Source: Phaeosaccion multiseriatum (taxonomy: Eukaryota > Protista > Ochrophyta, other classes). From it: a stretch of DNA of 64,000 nucleotides. The DNA lies in the NCBI GenBank assembly GCA_965112735.1, contig OZ218960.1:806001-870000 (forward strand), read 5' to 3'. The translations under genes and the position numbers were made by a program. Under the pieces are notes generated by a model. It was not told where the DNA came from. It ran no database searches and was given only the letters and a program-made list of their open reading frames with translations. Shown here in pieces: positions 11,801 through 28,743 of the stretch (the stretch's first letter is position 1; each line of letters opens with the position of its first letter).

Positions 11801-13115
11801 GGAGGAGGAGCAGCAGTTGGTGATACAGCAGCGGCAGGAGCAGAAGGAGCATAGCATGGGTCACGAGCCCCACTCTCTGATGAGCCCCCCTTCGCTGTCC
11901 ATGTCCTCCTTCGCCGGCGTGTTGGACATGGGAGACAGCTTTGAAGGGCTGCTGGACTGCTCAGCGGCTCGCGGTGACTCGCGCTTTGGTGTGAGTAGTG
12001 ACCCTGCTGCTGCTGCTACAGCTGCTACTGCTGCTACTGCTTCTGATCCTGACGCTGATGTTGCTTCTGGTGCTCCGGCGGCGGCGGCGGGACAGAACAA
12101 TGTGGCTGGAAGGAAAGGTGACATCGACGCTTCGAGTACTTGTGGTGGGGATCGGCCCTTCGCTGCCTTGGGTTTGGGCAGCGGCAAGCTGCCATGGAAG
12201 GAGGGAGGCGCGTCGGGAGGAGGGGTTGGAGTAGCAGGAGGTGGTAAAGTGGGCAAGGAAGGAGCTAAACGGAAGCTCTCAGAAACGGTAAACGGATGTG
12301 TCGAAGCTCCGCTCAGCTGCACGGATGCCGAAGGAGGTGGTGGTTGTGGTGGTACTGCCGGAGGTACAAAGGGCGGCAAGAGACAGAGGAAGAGACCACC
12401 AGCGCCCATTTTCTCCGACCTACGGGGAGCTCTGTCGACGGGAGGTTCTATGGATTCGGCAGCGTCCTTCTGGAGAGGGGGAGATGCCCCCTCTTGTGAG
12501 AACGAGAACGAATCCGAAGCAGCAGTCGCCGCCAAGGGGGGGCTCAAGTCAAGTAGCAGTAGTAGCAGTGGTGGTGGTGGGGGAGAGCTCCGGGGCCTGC
12601 AGGGGATGACCAGTACTGAGGGAGAGCTACTGGGAGTGGATATCGGTGCTTCTTGCGATGCCTTCTTGGAGGGACTGGAGAGCAGAGACAGATCGAGCAG
12701 TGGCTGTCTGACCCCCGGCGAAGCGGGCGGAGGAGGAGGAGGAGGAGGAGGAGGAGGAGGAGCAGGAGGAGGAGGAGGAGGTGGTGAAGGAGAAGGAGGA
12801 GGAGAAATAGGAGGAGAGAGTGGCAGGGGCGGGGCTGGGGCTGGAGTGGAGGGGCCTGGGCCTGGGCAGCAGCAGAGGCACTTCAGTTTTTCTGCAGGGC
12901 CTCTTCCTGCAGCACCGGCGTCCACCCGATCACCGTCAGCGTGGGCTGCTGGTGCTTCGCGGATGGACACGGGGTCCGGAGGGAAAGAGAACGGAGAGCA
13001 GGGTTCGGCGGCTGTTGCAGCCCTGCCAAAGGGGGGCACTCAACAGCAGCAGAAGAAGCAGCAGACCCGTCGACGCATCGCCCCCACTCTTGTCAGCCAA
13101 AACCGCACCAAGTGA
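8890..13115 (+). CDS. CRAMP1/TSL-kinase-interacting protein 1 (TKI1)-like protein with a long Ala/Gly low-complexity tail; exons 8890-9540, 9891-13115
   Basis: KVALQLVPANDSTREQLRQSGLNPRLQL...KTLKSIRAHLSTKW resembles the recalled conserved CRAMP1/TKI1 block (LQL.P......L...G.NP.L.L.....K....V..HL..KW); donor gag|gtgagt at 9540, acceptor cacag| at 9890. Confidence 0.7.
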
Positions 13116-13588
13116 TGAAGTGATTGTACTGTGCGAGGACTGAGCCCAGCAAAGGGCTTGAGCCGTCTTGCCACAGAGAAGGATGTGCATGTGTGCCTTC
13201 TTCCTCAAGGTAGCTGTGACTGTCGCTACGGTGTGGACCCAAAAGGGAAGGAGGAACAACGAAACCTAAACCCTATATGTATGTATATGTGTTCCGTGTG
13301 GCAAACACTGCACGTCTACAGGCACTGTTCGGAGGGGGTGACGCGCAATCGGGGCCGGATACATTATGCACCACCCCCAAAGTTGATAAGTCGGGAACGA
13401 TCTTTTGCTGCCAAACCACTTTGTGTATGTATACGTATAGGCGTACAGGGGGGGGGGTAGCTGCGACAGCTCCCTGACCTGAGGTGCGGGCCATCTACTG
13501 CTGGTGCGCGCCTCTACACACCCACCCACACACCCACGCGCGGCCTCTCCTGCATCTCGTTGGGTTCGCCTTGTCTTTTGCGCTGCGC

Positions 13589-14631
13589 TCACTTGATGTT
13601 CCCGTCCTTCTCCTTCCCCTCCTTCCCCCCACCCCCGTCCTCCTCGGCTTTGAGCTCGTCCTCGCCCGTCTGGAAGAAAGCGATGTGCTTCACCTTCTCT
13701 TTGAAGGCCGGTGTGAGCGCGACGCACAGAGGGAGACGGAGTGGCTCTAGAAGTTCGTTGAGCGCGACTGAAACCGCCATGTTTCCCATACCTGGACTGT
13801 GGGGGTGTTCGGGGGAAGCACAGAGGGTCAAAGGGGGCCGGAGAGAGACGGAGGGTTTGCACAATTAATACTCCAGTAGTACTCTGCCGCAGAGAGAGAT
13901 AGAGAGAGAGAAACGTGTGCTATGCTACTGTTCCGTACTTGACATAAGTATCAACATCGATGAGGTTGTTCGCGCCGATGAACTTGAGTCCGTCGATGAC
14001 CGCTGTTGGGTTGGCGCTCACCACCGAGTACAGAGTCGGGATACCCGCCACCCAGACCGTGGTCCTGCGTGCGTGGGTGGGTGGGTTTTGGAAAAGAGGT
14101 GAGTTCTGATCTACTTGCATACGGCAGTGAAGGCGAAAAGGCGACAAGGGCAGTCAGAAAGAGTGCTTCGTCCCCCCACCCCTCAATCTTCTGACACTCC
14201 ACTCACCACAGCACCAGAAAGGGCTTGCCATGCGTCTTCAGGAGACCCGAGAGTTTGCTGGGGGCAGCAGCAGCAGCAGGCTTCTTTCCCATTTCTCCGT
14301 CCTTGCTAGCCTGCTGAGCCTGAGCTGCCGCAACCTCCGCCGCCGTGAAGCCCCCCCCCGACACCCCCCCGGCTCTCTGCCTCCGCATCCGTCTATTCAT
14401 GCCGCCACCGCCGCCGCCACCGCCACTGTTACTGCTATTGCTTCTAGAGCTCAGTTCCCTGCATCCTTCGTGCCGTGGTGCCGCCCTGAAGCCCGCCATC
14501 ATCGTTTGTGTCCTTCGCAGGCACCGCTCTGGCACCATCAAGGGAGGACCACCACCTCTGCTCCATTTATTCTGCCATCGTGCTCCCTGCCTCTGCAAAA
14601 CTCTACAACAGCGAGAGAGGGAGGACGCCAT
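13589..14631 (-). CDS. FAM210/DUF1279-like mitochondrial membrane protein; exons 14207-14631, 13939-14064, 13589-13796
   Basis: Arg-rich presequence, then LLKTHGKPFLVLWTTVW...GNMAVSVALNELLEPLRLPLCVALTP, the DUF1279 pattern. Confidence 0.8.
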
Positions 14632-14810
14632 ATTTGTTTGTTTGTCGTGTGGTGATTGATTTGATGTTGATTTGGTAGTAAGTCAGGGAGCGGACAAACT
14701 GAAATAAATTCTCGCCCCCCCGGGGATCTCGATCTCTGCGCATTCAACTCTCAAAACTCTGATTTGCCATCCCACCTCCTTCAGCTCTCCTTCCTCTCTA
14801 CTCTAAAACA

Positions 14811-16167
14811 ATGGCTGGATTCAAGTCCTTCGTGGTGGTGTGCTTGGCGCTGTGCCTCGCATCGGTGTCGGCCTTCGTCGCACCCACAGCCACCATTGCG
14901 CGAGGTAAGTTCATGTTTCTCCAGTTGTAGGATTCGCCTGTTGCATACGTTTGCAAGAGAGGTGGGCCCTCGCAAGGCGGGGGAGCGGCACGAGCACGCT
15001 CGTGCGATGCCGCAGACGCGAAGAGGTGTCTCAATGCTCGAATGGCGCAGCATGGAAGGGTGGGCTGCACACGGTGGGATTTTTCGTGCGAAGAGGGATT
15101 TGTGCTGAGTCCAAGTTGCGCAGCACAGCACGCAGAGGAGCACAGGGACGGACAGTCTTCAGCCAGGGACTACCGAATGAGTGCTCCATGCCCCTGCTCC
15201 AGCGTCGCCTGAAAAATTGCAGCGGCAGACACAAAAGGAAAAATAGAATCAAGGGGATGTTCTTTTCAGGGGCAAGGGCGGACGTGCTTACGGCACCGCG
15301 GCAGGGAGAGGGCAAAGCGACAGCAACACTTGTCGTAAGGAGCTTTGTGACTTTGACAGTCCTTACTCCTGGTGGGCAAAGCGAATGCAAAGGATGTCGT
15401 CGACTCTCAGTGTCGCCAGGAGGGGAAGGGGAAGGATCAGTCCGAGAGGGGCTTGCAGCATAGAACCAGCGAACCTGCCATCGACCTTCGTGCGCGATCT
15501 TCCGCGTCTTTGCCCCCCTGACCTCACCACACTCGTGCCTATTTCAGCTCTCGTTTTGTACCTAACATCACACCCCCCTTTTCATCCGCTTTTCCATCAC
15601 CAACACCAAAACCAAACAGTTGCCACCAAGACCGCTGCCACCACCACCATGAGCGCCGTGTCCCCCCTGGGCAAGGCCATGGCCGGTGTGGCTGCCCTGG
15701 GCCCCGCCGTCGTGTCCCTGCCCGCCATGGCTGACACCACCGACATCGTGTCTCAGCTGCCCACCACACTCGTGGGGCTGGAGGTGCAGTTCGCAGCCTA
15801 CCTCGCCATCCTGCTCGGTAAGAAAAAGTCACAGCTACACACTCACTCTTATTTCAGCCCTAACCCCTCCCTGCACCGTGGTACCTGCGTTGCCTATGTA
15901 TGCTCATTACTGTGACGGGTGTTTCTGTTCAACTTCCGTTGTCTTTACGCCCCCGCTGTTGTCGTACTCATTTGTTGAGTCGTTTGTGAGTGTGGTGCCG
16001 TCTCTTCACACTGTCGCCCCCCATGCCCTAACCTTCCTGTTCGTGCCTCTCTCCCTCTCTCTCTCACTCTCTGCGCAGGTGTGTTGATTCCCGTTTCGTT
16101 CCTCATCCTTCTCTTCGTGCAGTCAGAGACCAGGATATCGGGAGAGGAGAACGGCCCCTCAAGCTAA
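14811..16167 (+). CDS. psbM: Nuclear-encoded photosystem II reaction centre protein M with bipartite plastid presequence; exons 14811-14904, 15620-15817, 16079-16167
   Basis: MAGFKSFVVVCLALCLASVSA-FVAP (signal peptide plus ASAF-type site), AxA-type 'LPAMA', mature part EVQFAAYLAILLGVLIPVSFLILLFVQSE. Confidence 0.9.
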
Positions 16168-16973
16168 GCAGGCGCGGTACATCGACCTCGCTTTCCAAAC
16201 TTGTACGCATTCCGCCACACACACACTACATACTCTTTAGACCAACCCCCCACACCCCCCCCCCCTCCCCCCCTAGCCGCTTTGTCGCGAGCTGTATAGT
16301 ACAGTCAGTGCCATACGGCCTCTCACTCTAGTAGCGGATGAGTGTTGAGCTGGTGCTGGTGGGGGAGGATCCACCAAGGCCCTCTGGGGGGCCTTTAATG
16401 GGATGGCAGTGGATGGAGGCTTCTCACCTTTCTCGGATGGGAGATGAGAAGCCACCCACCTACAGCCAACTCAACCCCGACTCAGCTGTACCTCCGCCGC
16501 CGCTGACCGACCTCTCTCGGAGAGAAGCCGATTGGCGACGACGATGAGAACCAAGAGGCTAACTTGGCCAAGGGAGGCGGGACGTGTTATGTGCGTACAG
16601 CGCGTTTAGACGCATTGTACACAGCCCAGTGGGGAATATAATATATTTTTTATTTTTTGAAGCTGCTCTTTGAGTGTGTGCGCTTGCGCGCTTCATCGTC
16701 TTTCTTCTGTAGGGGCATGCATGGGAGCAAGGGACAGGAGGAAATTTCACAAATGGCTGGGTATGTAGAAGGCTTGCACTTGCCCCTCTCTTTCTTTCTC
16801 TCTCTTGTCTCTTGTAGCGAACTTCTCTGTCCCCCCATTCCGGCGAAGAGCCGTCCTTAACCTGACCTGTTGACACCTCGAAGGGGGAAGTGGGAGAAGG
16901 TGACGATTTCCTCCGAGGAGCTGGAGGAAAGTGATGGTTTGATGGCTGAGAAGGGTATCATACCACAGCGGCG

Positions 16974-20913
<3,940 letters not shown>

Positions 20914-21125
20914 CCAAAGAGGATTAAAAAAAAATTGTGTCGAAAGGAGACAGGTCCATTTTTGGCCCATATACCTTTTTCTAGGGTTTCCACTCCTTCC
21001 TTTGTGACCCCATCCACTTGTCCATTGCGCATCAATCGGCGTTTTGTAGGGGAGAGGGAGAGAGACGAAGAATCATCCAGTCATTGGCGAATAAGAAGCC
21101 GCTCCTTGCTGCTGACGTGTCCGCC

Positions 21126-22615
21126 ATGGCAAGGCGCGACTGCTGGCTGCTGTTGCTCCTGCTGCTGCTGAATGGGCCTGGCTCAGCGAGTGCGTTTGTG
21201 TCCATGGGAGGAGGAGTGGGAAGTGTAGTGGTTGGAGGGGTGGCAGGAGGAGCAAGGGGGGGAGGTCGGATCGCCCCTACGTCTACTGGGGTCGATGCGG
21301 CTTGGAGGAAGGGTGCGTCGATGAGGATGAGCAACACGCGAGCAGGGGAGCGTGGCTTGGGACGAAGGCTCATGTGGGGGAGAAGGAGCAGCAGCAGACC
21401 TGGGCCCGACCAAGAGGCTCAACAAAAGCCGCCACAGCAGCGCTTGGCGGCGCCAGTACGGCTCACGGAGGATATGATGGCCAAGGCCCCGTCACGCGTT
21501 GCCGCACAAGCATTGCATGCTCTGTTGGTTGAGGAGGCCGCTGGGTCAGGGCCACAGCGACCAAAGTCCGTGGGGGGCAGAAGGGCACTACCGGTGGAGA
21601 GGAGGAGGAGGAGGCGGGTTCAGCTGAGTCGGTCTGTGCGAACTGCAGCGCTGGGCGTGCTCTTGACGGGCTCCGTCATGGTGTGCAGTCCGACGGTCGC
21701 CTCTGCCAATCGCATTGTCAATCTCGAGCCCAAAGCACCAAAATCAAAGCCACCACCAAGGACCGCCGTGAGCAGCACAGTGGAGAATGACCCACACCAT
21801 CAAGAGGAGGGCGGGGCCGAGGGGGGCGAGGAGTTTCATGCGGAATTGGCTGGGGCGCCGCAGAAGGGGGGCATGTTTGAGCGAGTGAGTGATGTCGAGC
21901 GAGGTTGGAACAAGCTTGACCGAGAGGATTTTGATGACACCGCTATTGGTGTTGGCGCCGGCTTGCTCTCTTCCTTCGTCTGCTGGAGATACATCATCAG
22001 AAAGTACTTTGAGAGTGCCCAAATCATGAAGAAGCAACGGGTGAGTGCGTGGTGTGTGGGAGGAGGGAGGGTGTGAATGGATGTGAGTGGGTGTCCGAGG
22101 GAGTGGCTGAGTGAGGGTTGACTTGTGTTTGCTGTGTGTGTGGTCTACCCTTGCCCTGCCCCTCCCCCCTATGCCGATTCTATCCGCTGTCACTCGGTCG
22201 GGCCTGCTTTCCCTGCTCCGTTGTGTGTGGGCCGCGTTGCCCTCCTCCTCCTGCTGCTGCTGTTCCTTACTTCACTCCGATCTTCTGTGGTGCTGTCCCG
22301 CTCTTCTATCCATTGACTCTTGCTTTGTTTCCACGGACGCACCGACTCTTCCTGAACTGAACGTGACTGACTGAGTGAAGTGCACTGGAACTGACAAACT
22401 CATGGATAGACTAATCTTCACCGACTGACTTACTGACTTACTCTCGCAACAACCAGAAACGCGTGCGAACGTCCGAGGAGAAGAAGAAGGAGGCGGAGAA
22501 GGCTTTCTTGCAGGACCTCAAGGTTGAGGGGTCCTTCGACATGGACATGATCAGCAAGCTCAGGGAGCGGAAGGAGGCCCTCGTGGGGCCCGGAGACCCG
22601 GTGAGTGAGACAGAC

Positions 22616-22671
<56 letters not shown>

Positions 22672-23135
22672 GGTAGAGCAGGGATAAGGAGACAGCTAGA
22701 TCCCCCTCCCTTCCACTTCATCAAAAATGCCTTTCTTACTTACATTGTACTCCTCCTTCCCCACTCCTCCTTCCCTTCGCGGCCCTCCATGCCCGCCTGT
22801 CTTGTTCCCTCCTCCCCACCCCGACTACACCCCCCCCTTCCGCGCCCCAACAAACGAACCCGCCTCTCCCTCCCTCTCTCCCTCCCTCACAGTGGGCCAA
22901 AGAGACACGCACGTACGGAGGTGCTGAGTACCGAAAAAAGTACAAAATGGCCGACTTGACTGAGGAGGAGAAGAAGGCGATTGAGGAAGAGGAGGCCGAG
23001 GCGGAGGCACAGGGGATGACCATGGAAGAGTTTCACAAGAAGAAGGAGAAACAGAAGATGAAGGAAAACCTCAAGGCCAAGAAGAAGCGCATTAGCATGT
23101 TCGACAAGAAGGGCAAGAAGAAGGGCAAGAAGTAG
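21126..23135 (+). CDS. Unknown plastid-targeted protein with a transmembrane helix and a Lys/Glu-rich C-terminus (at least 3 exons)
   Basis: [25 protein letters not shown] bipartite presequence; TM IGVGAGLLSSFVCWRYII; exons near 21126-22040, 22458-22600 and a last exon ending at TAG 23135. Confidence 0.7.
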
Positions 23136-23837
23136 AGCAAGTGGACGAAGGCGGGCAGTGGGGAGTGGGGAGTGGGAATGAGAGCAAGCACGCACACCAG
23201 AGGGAGGGAGGGAGGAGCAAGAAGAAGGGAGGAAGGCGGAATGATTGATTGGTTTGTTGGTTTGTTGGTTGGTTCTGGATCGAGGGATGGATGGATGGAT
23301 GGATGGACAGCGTACTGAGCTCTGTACCGAGTCATAGGGAAGTGGCGGGAGGCTTTGACGGAGGAGCGACGTACCATACTACACTGCCATTGTGATGGTA
23401 GGCGGGCAAACTACGAACGAAGTGGCCGCATTGGTTGTCTAATCTTGCAGGCCTTGCCGCTGGCGACGACGGTGCCGGAGAGGTATGGAGGGAGGTGGGA
23501 GGGGGGCGATTAATTTTAGTCACACTCTTTGCGGATGCGCTATAGGGCAATCGAGACACAAAAAAAAGAGGATTTGTTTGGCTTTTATAAGAGGTTTTAT
23601 AATAGATACATGATGGTTTGCAAATAAACCCAAAGCGCCCAAACGTACAAAGCAAAGCGCCCACACCCCCAAAAAAGCCCAAAGCCTATGAATCATCATC
23701 CTCATCAGCCTCTGATAGACCCAGGTCATCAATCTCAGATGGGAAACAATAACATGAGATGACATCACACAAGACATCTGACGAGATGAGTCAAAAGGTG
23801 AGACGAGGAATGAGAGGAGAGATCATCAGTGGCCACG

Positions 23838-24293
23838 TCACACTCGTACGTCACGACCGTTGGGCCGCTTGGCCGAGGTTCCGTCTGTCTTGTCCCTCTC
23901 GAAGGCCTCCAGCGCCTTGTCGGGTAGGTGCTGCTGCCCCATCCAGGCCAGGATCTTGGCATGACCGCTCTCCACAAGCGGGCCCAGAAGCTTGGCGTGC
24001 GATCTGTCCACTTGGTAGCGGCGCCCGTGTGCACCGGTGTGGTGGACCGCCTTTGGTCGTGTGAGGAAGGGGGTAGGGGTGGAGTGGGGTAGGGTGGGGT
24101 AGGGGTGGGGTGGGGTGGACTCGCTCAACTCTCTCTTCCCCTTCTGTTTCTACTCTTAATCTGTATGCCTGTACGCATCTCCTCTACTATGCTCTACTCT
24201 ACTTTACTTTGCCTTGGTTCCTTCATTCTCACCTGAATGTTTCGAGCTCGGATAGTGCGTCCGTTGCCGTACACCCGTGAGATCCAATCTGTG

Positions 24294-24337
<44 letters not shown>

Positions 24338-27300
24338 CAAACACAAAAGATCCGTGGTGTTACGTCAGACACACGTTTCGCCCTGTCTCCCTGTCCATAT
24401 GCCCCCAAGTACATTCCCTCTGAACCTCTCTCGCCCCTGCCACCTTTCCGACACGAGACAGCGGAGACTCTGTGTCTACATGAGCTTCTCTTCCTCCCCC
24501 CCCTCCCCTCTGCTGCCTACGCCTCACCGTCCATCCACCAGTCGCTGAGCTGTGGAGGGTAGTATACCCCTTCGAAGATGTCCATGTGTCTGAAAAACAA
24601 CACAGAAAGAGAGGAAATACCAAGTAAAGCACTCACTCACTCATTCACTCAACTTACTCACTCACTCACTCACTCACTCACTCACTCACTCACTCACTCA
24701 CTCACTCACTCACTCACTCACTCACTCACTCATTCACTCATTCACTCACTCACTCTCACTCACTCACTCACTCACTCACTCACTCACTCACTCACTCACT
24801 CACTCACTCACTCAATCCCTCACCTCCTGTGCGTGAAGTCGTGCACAATAATGTCGCTATTCAGCGACTCGGGCCCCACCACCCCGAAGGGCTCTCCCAT
24901 TGACTTATTCATCGAGGGGCAGAGAGAGAACAGAGAGAGCAGCAATAGCAACAGCAGCACCAGTAGCAGAAGGCCATGCTTGTCGTTAGACTGATGAGTG
25001 CCCCCTCCACTCCCAACGCGGGCACGCACGGACGCACGGCGCCTTGCCGTCTGTAATGTGGCGTCCTTTTTGTACCTTGAGGGCGTATCGATAATCGATA
25101 TGCTCGACAGTCATCTCAACAAACTGCAAACTGCAAACTGACAGCTGACAACGAAACTGACAAACTAAACGGTAACTTCAACACACCTTGAGGGCGTTAG
25201 TGAAGGGCACTGCCCAGGGGCTCACGAGCTCTGTGTCGTCATTCAATCGGTACATGTACTCCGCGCCCAGGGCATAGGCTCGCTGGGCGATGGCAGTGAA
25301 CACCGGCCCGGGCTTCTTGACCTTGTTATCCACCTGTTAGTTTTAGCATGTACGTGTACGTGTATGCCAATTGTGATAGCGTTCCATTAGGGTTGGGGTT
25401 GGGGTAAGGGGGGGGGGGCGGAAAGGGGGTGAGCAGGGTGGAGGGTAGAGAGAACTGTAGGGCTGGAAGAGGGAGAGGGAGAGAGGGAAAGAAGGAGGGG
25501 GAGGGAGGGGGGAGGGAGGGGAGAGGGGGGGGTGAGGGACAGGGAAAGAGGGAGAGAAGAGAGAAGAGACACAGAGACAGGGAATAGAAGGAGAGTATGG
25601 GTGGTGGAGAGAAAGAAAGAGACATACACACACACTCCACACACACAAACAAACCCACACACATACATATACATACACCACAAGAGAGAGTGAGAGGATA
25701 TGTAGAGTGTAGAGGCATATGGGGACGAACCTGAACCAGTTCCAGTTTGATGGAGATACCTCTCTCCGCCGCCCAATCGGAGACGTTCTCCTCGAACCAC
25801 TTTTTCACCTGTTAGTGACATACAAACAGAGCGCGACTGGGAGAATTAGGGAAAGGGGGCTGCTGGGGAGATTGGTAGGAAGCATTGGCCCGAGCTTGAG
25901 AAAGGGCGAATTGGGGAACTACGCTGGTACGTACGTACGTACGTAGGTAGGTAGGTAGGTAGGTAGGTAGGTAGGTAGGTAGGTAGGTAGGTAGGTAGGT
26001 AGGTGGGTAGGTAGGAGGGAGATACGCCCACCACACACACATGCACACACGCACACACACGCACACACACACATACACACACCTTGGACGTTCCCGACTC
26101 GGAGTCGAAGAAGGGGTCCCCCACATCGTATCCGATGACGGCGGCGTAGTTGAAACCGCACTCGGCAGTCAGCGCCAGGGAGGGCAGCAGAAAGCGGAAC
26201 AGGGCAATGGACGCGAAGGTCGGGCTGACCATTGAGCGAGTGGTAGAGCCTGCCATGACTGGGGGGGAGCAGGCAACGGGTAGAAGGTAACAAGGGAAGC
26301 AGTTGGTGATACAGCAGGCAAGAGAAGGCACACACACACGCACGCGCACACAAATACACGTGCAGACACACGCACACATACATACATACATACGCACACG
26401 CACCCGCACGTATACCGACCAAAACTAGAAAGGCGAGAGTAGAGACGCAAGCCGGCAGGAGGTAGGTAGCGAGTTAGGTGGGAGCTGTGACCAAGTATGC
26501 AAGTATCCTACCTGCAATGAGGGGGTCAGAAGGGCGGGAGGGCCGGTCAAGGCATTGCGGCGCCTGCTCTCTCTTGCGCTTCAGAGGAGCGTGCTTGCGA
26601 AGCGGTCGGGACGCAGCTGCTGCTATTGGTGCTACACATGGCCGTGCGTGTGTACGTTTGTGCGTGCGAGGTGTGTGTGTGTGTGTGCGGTGGGCGTGGG
26701 TGGGCACGGTGTGCATGACAGCAGGAGAGAGAGAAGGGGTGGGTGGGAGAGAAGAATTGTAAGGTGTGAAGAGCGACTGATGACACACAACGAAGGCCGC
26801 CTGCCAATTGCAGCTTGACGCCTTTCCAAGCTCGGTCGCTCGCTCTCACTCACGTACTCACGCACTCACGCACTCACCCGAGCCTCCTTCGTTAGCACCG
26901 CTCATGTACTGGTTGCAACCCACCCCCTGCCACCACCTCTGGAGCTTGGCAGGCAGGTCGCCCCAAGACAGATGGGGTTGCACATGGTATTGCTCCTTCC
27001 GCTGCAGGCAACGGTCCTTAGTGTCGCCGGCCGCCCCTGTTGCCAAAGGCCTTCGCCTCCGCTCGGATCTCCCTCTAGGCCCTTCTCCTCCAGCTGCTAC
27101 TGCCCTCGGTGGCGACCTCTCTTCTCGTAGCGTTGACGGGCTTTCCTGGCCCCTCTCGCGACTGTTGTTGCTGTAGTGACGGCTGCTACTACTGCTGCCT
27201 TGATGTAAGCCGTTTCTATTGATCCTTGTTCTCGTCCTCCAGATGTCACTCTCTCCCTCAATGGAGTCAGCTGCAGAGCTGTTGCGTGGCCTACCCTCCC

Positions 27301-27616
27301 ACCGCATCTGATCCAAGTCACCCGCCTCGTCCTCTCCCATCTGACGAGCTGGGGATGCGCCAAGCGCTCTTTTGATCCCTCTACTTCCTCCTCCTAGCAC
27401 CCGCTCCCCCCGTCCTGTGGCGACCGCATTTCGTTGTCCTCCCTCTCGCCACGGCCGGCGCCCCGTCGAGAAGATGCCGCCGCACGCCACCAACCCCAGC
27501 ATCGCCGTCATAATCGCAGCTACCACGCGTATCCTCCTGCGTCGCAGAGACTCACATCGCGGACACGGAGACGCACATTGAGCGCACGGCTCCTCATCCC
27601 TAACCCTCCTCTCCAT
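23838..27616 (-). CDS. Type II membrane GT-A fold (GT2-like) glycosyltransferase, multi-exon
   Basis: N-terminal TM IRVVAAIMTAMLGLVAC; spliced PLIAVMAGSTTR, IGYDVGDPFFD, KPGPVF, YMYRLNDDTEL (DxD-like), GVVGP, HDFTHRRHMDIF, LSDWWMDDWISRVYG, VHHTG. Confidence 0.78.
24631..24814. repeat. (ACTC)n microsatellite = (GAGT)n on the coding strand just downstream of a 5' splice site
   Basis: Visible directly. Confidence 0.95.
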
Positions 27617-28307
27617 CCTTCCCCTCTCTTTCGCTTGAATCGAATTCCAACTCCAGCTGCTGCTGCTGCTGCTACTCCTGCTACTCCTGCTACTATACTT
27701 ATCACCCCATCTCCCCCCACGAAGCTAAGGAAGTCGGCTCGGAAGGGGGAAAAAAGGCGGACCTGCGAGGCTGAAACGGGAGCGAAGGACCAACACGACA
27801 AGGAAAAATCTTGATGCACGCTGTGCATGATGTTCAAGGTTCAAGGGGCATTTGCGAGTTTGAACGACCCGCGTGCGACAGAGAATCCCCCGTAAGGATA
27901 AGCGCCTGGCTGCACGACCACTACACTTACATTTCACTTCCTCCCCGAAGTGGGGATGTAGGAGTAGCAGGGCGGAGTGAATCACTCAAGAAACAAGAGA
28001 ACGTGCATCCCCCACTTCTAAAAAGGTGAGGCATATCGCGAGCAGCCTGAGAGATGACATCACTCCTTTTGCTCTTTTCATTCTGCTAAAGCTTAACCTA
28101 CGGCTGCTGCTGCTCCTCCCCCCTCCCTTCCAGCAGGGCTCATTTCGAATGAGCAGACATGAGAACTACTAAGCAAAAGCAGCAACAGCAGAAACAGTAG
28201 AAGCTTCAGCAGCAGCAGCAGCAGCAGCTGCAGCAGAAGGAAGGCCACTCGGATTCCTCCCTCTCTCACTCACTCTTCCCGATCTTGGCTCCAGTCCTTT
28301 GCACACC

Positions 28308-28711
28308 ATGCTCGGGGCGGGCATCCTGTTGGCGGTCATGACGGCAAGCAGCGCGGCGGCGCTGTGCCCAATGTCGTCGATGGACCCCCACCACCAGTGC
28401 CCGCAGCTACTACCCTGCAGCGGCATGAACAGGAGCGGGGGCATGGGCTTTGTCCCCAGCTTCACCAGCACCAGCAGCACCACCAGCAGCAGGAGAAGGA
28501 TGAGGAGGAGGAGCAGTAGTGGTGTATTCCCAGCAAGCACGACGCGGAGAAGGACTGAGGCCAGTCGACCCCACCTAAGCGCCGCAACCCGTCATGGCCG
28601 CCCCATCAGGGAACAAGGCCTCTCGCTCCTGTGCCTCAGGGCATCGCCAGCGGGCTCCACAGCCCCATCAGCAGCAGCAGCAGTAGCATCATCATGGTCA
28701 TCATCATCATC

Positions 28712-28743
<32 letters not shown>

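Noticed and set aside
11861-13039. 392-aa antisense Pro-rich ORF (also 29478-31109, 34047-34862)
   Set aside because: Shadow ORFs of GC-rich real genes on the opposite strand; no domain features
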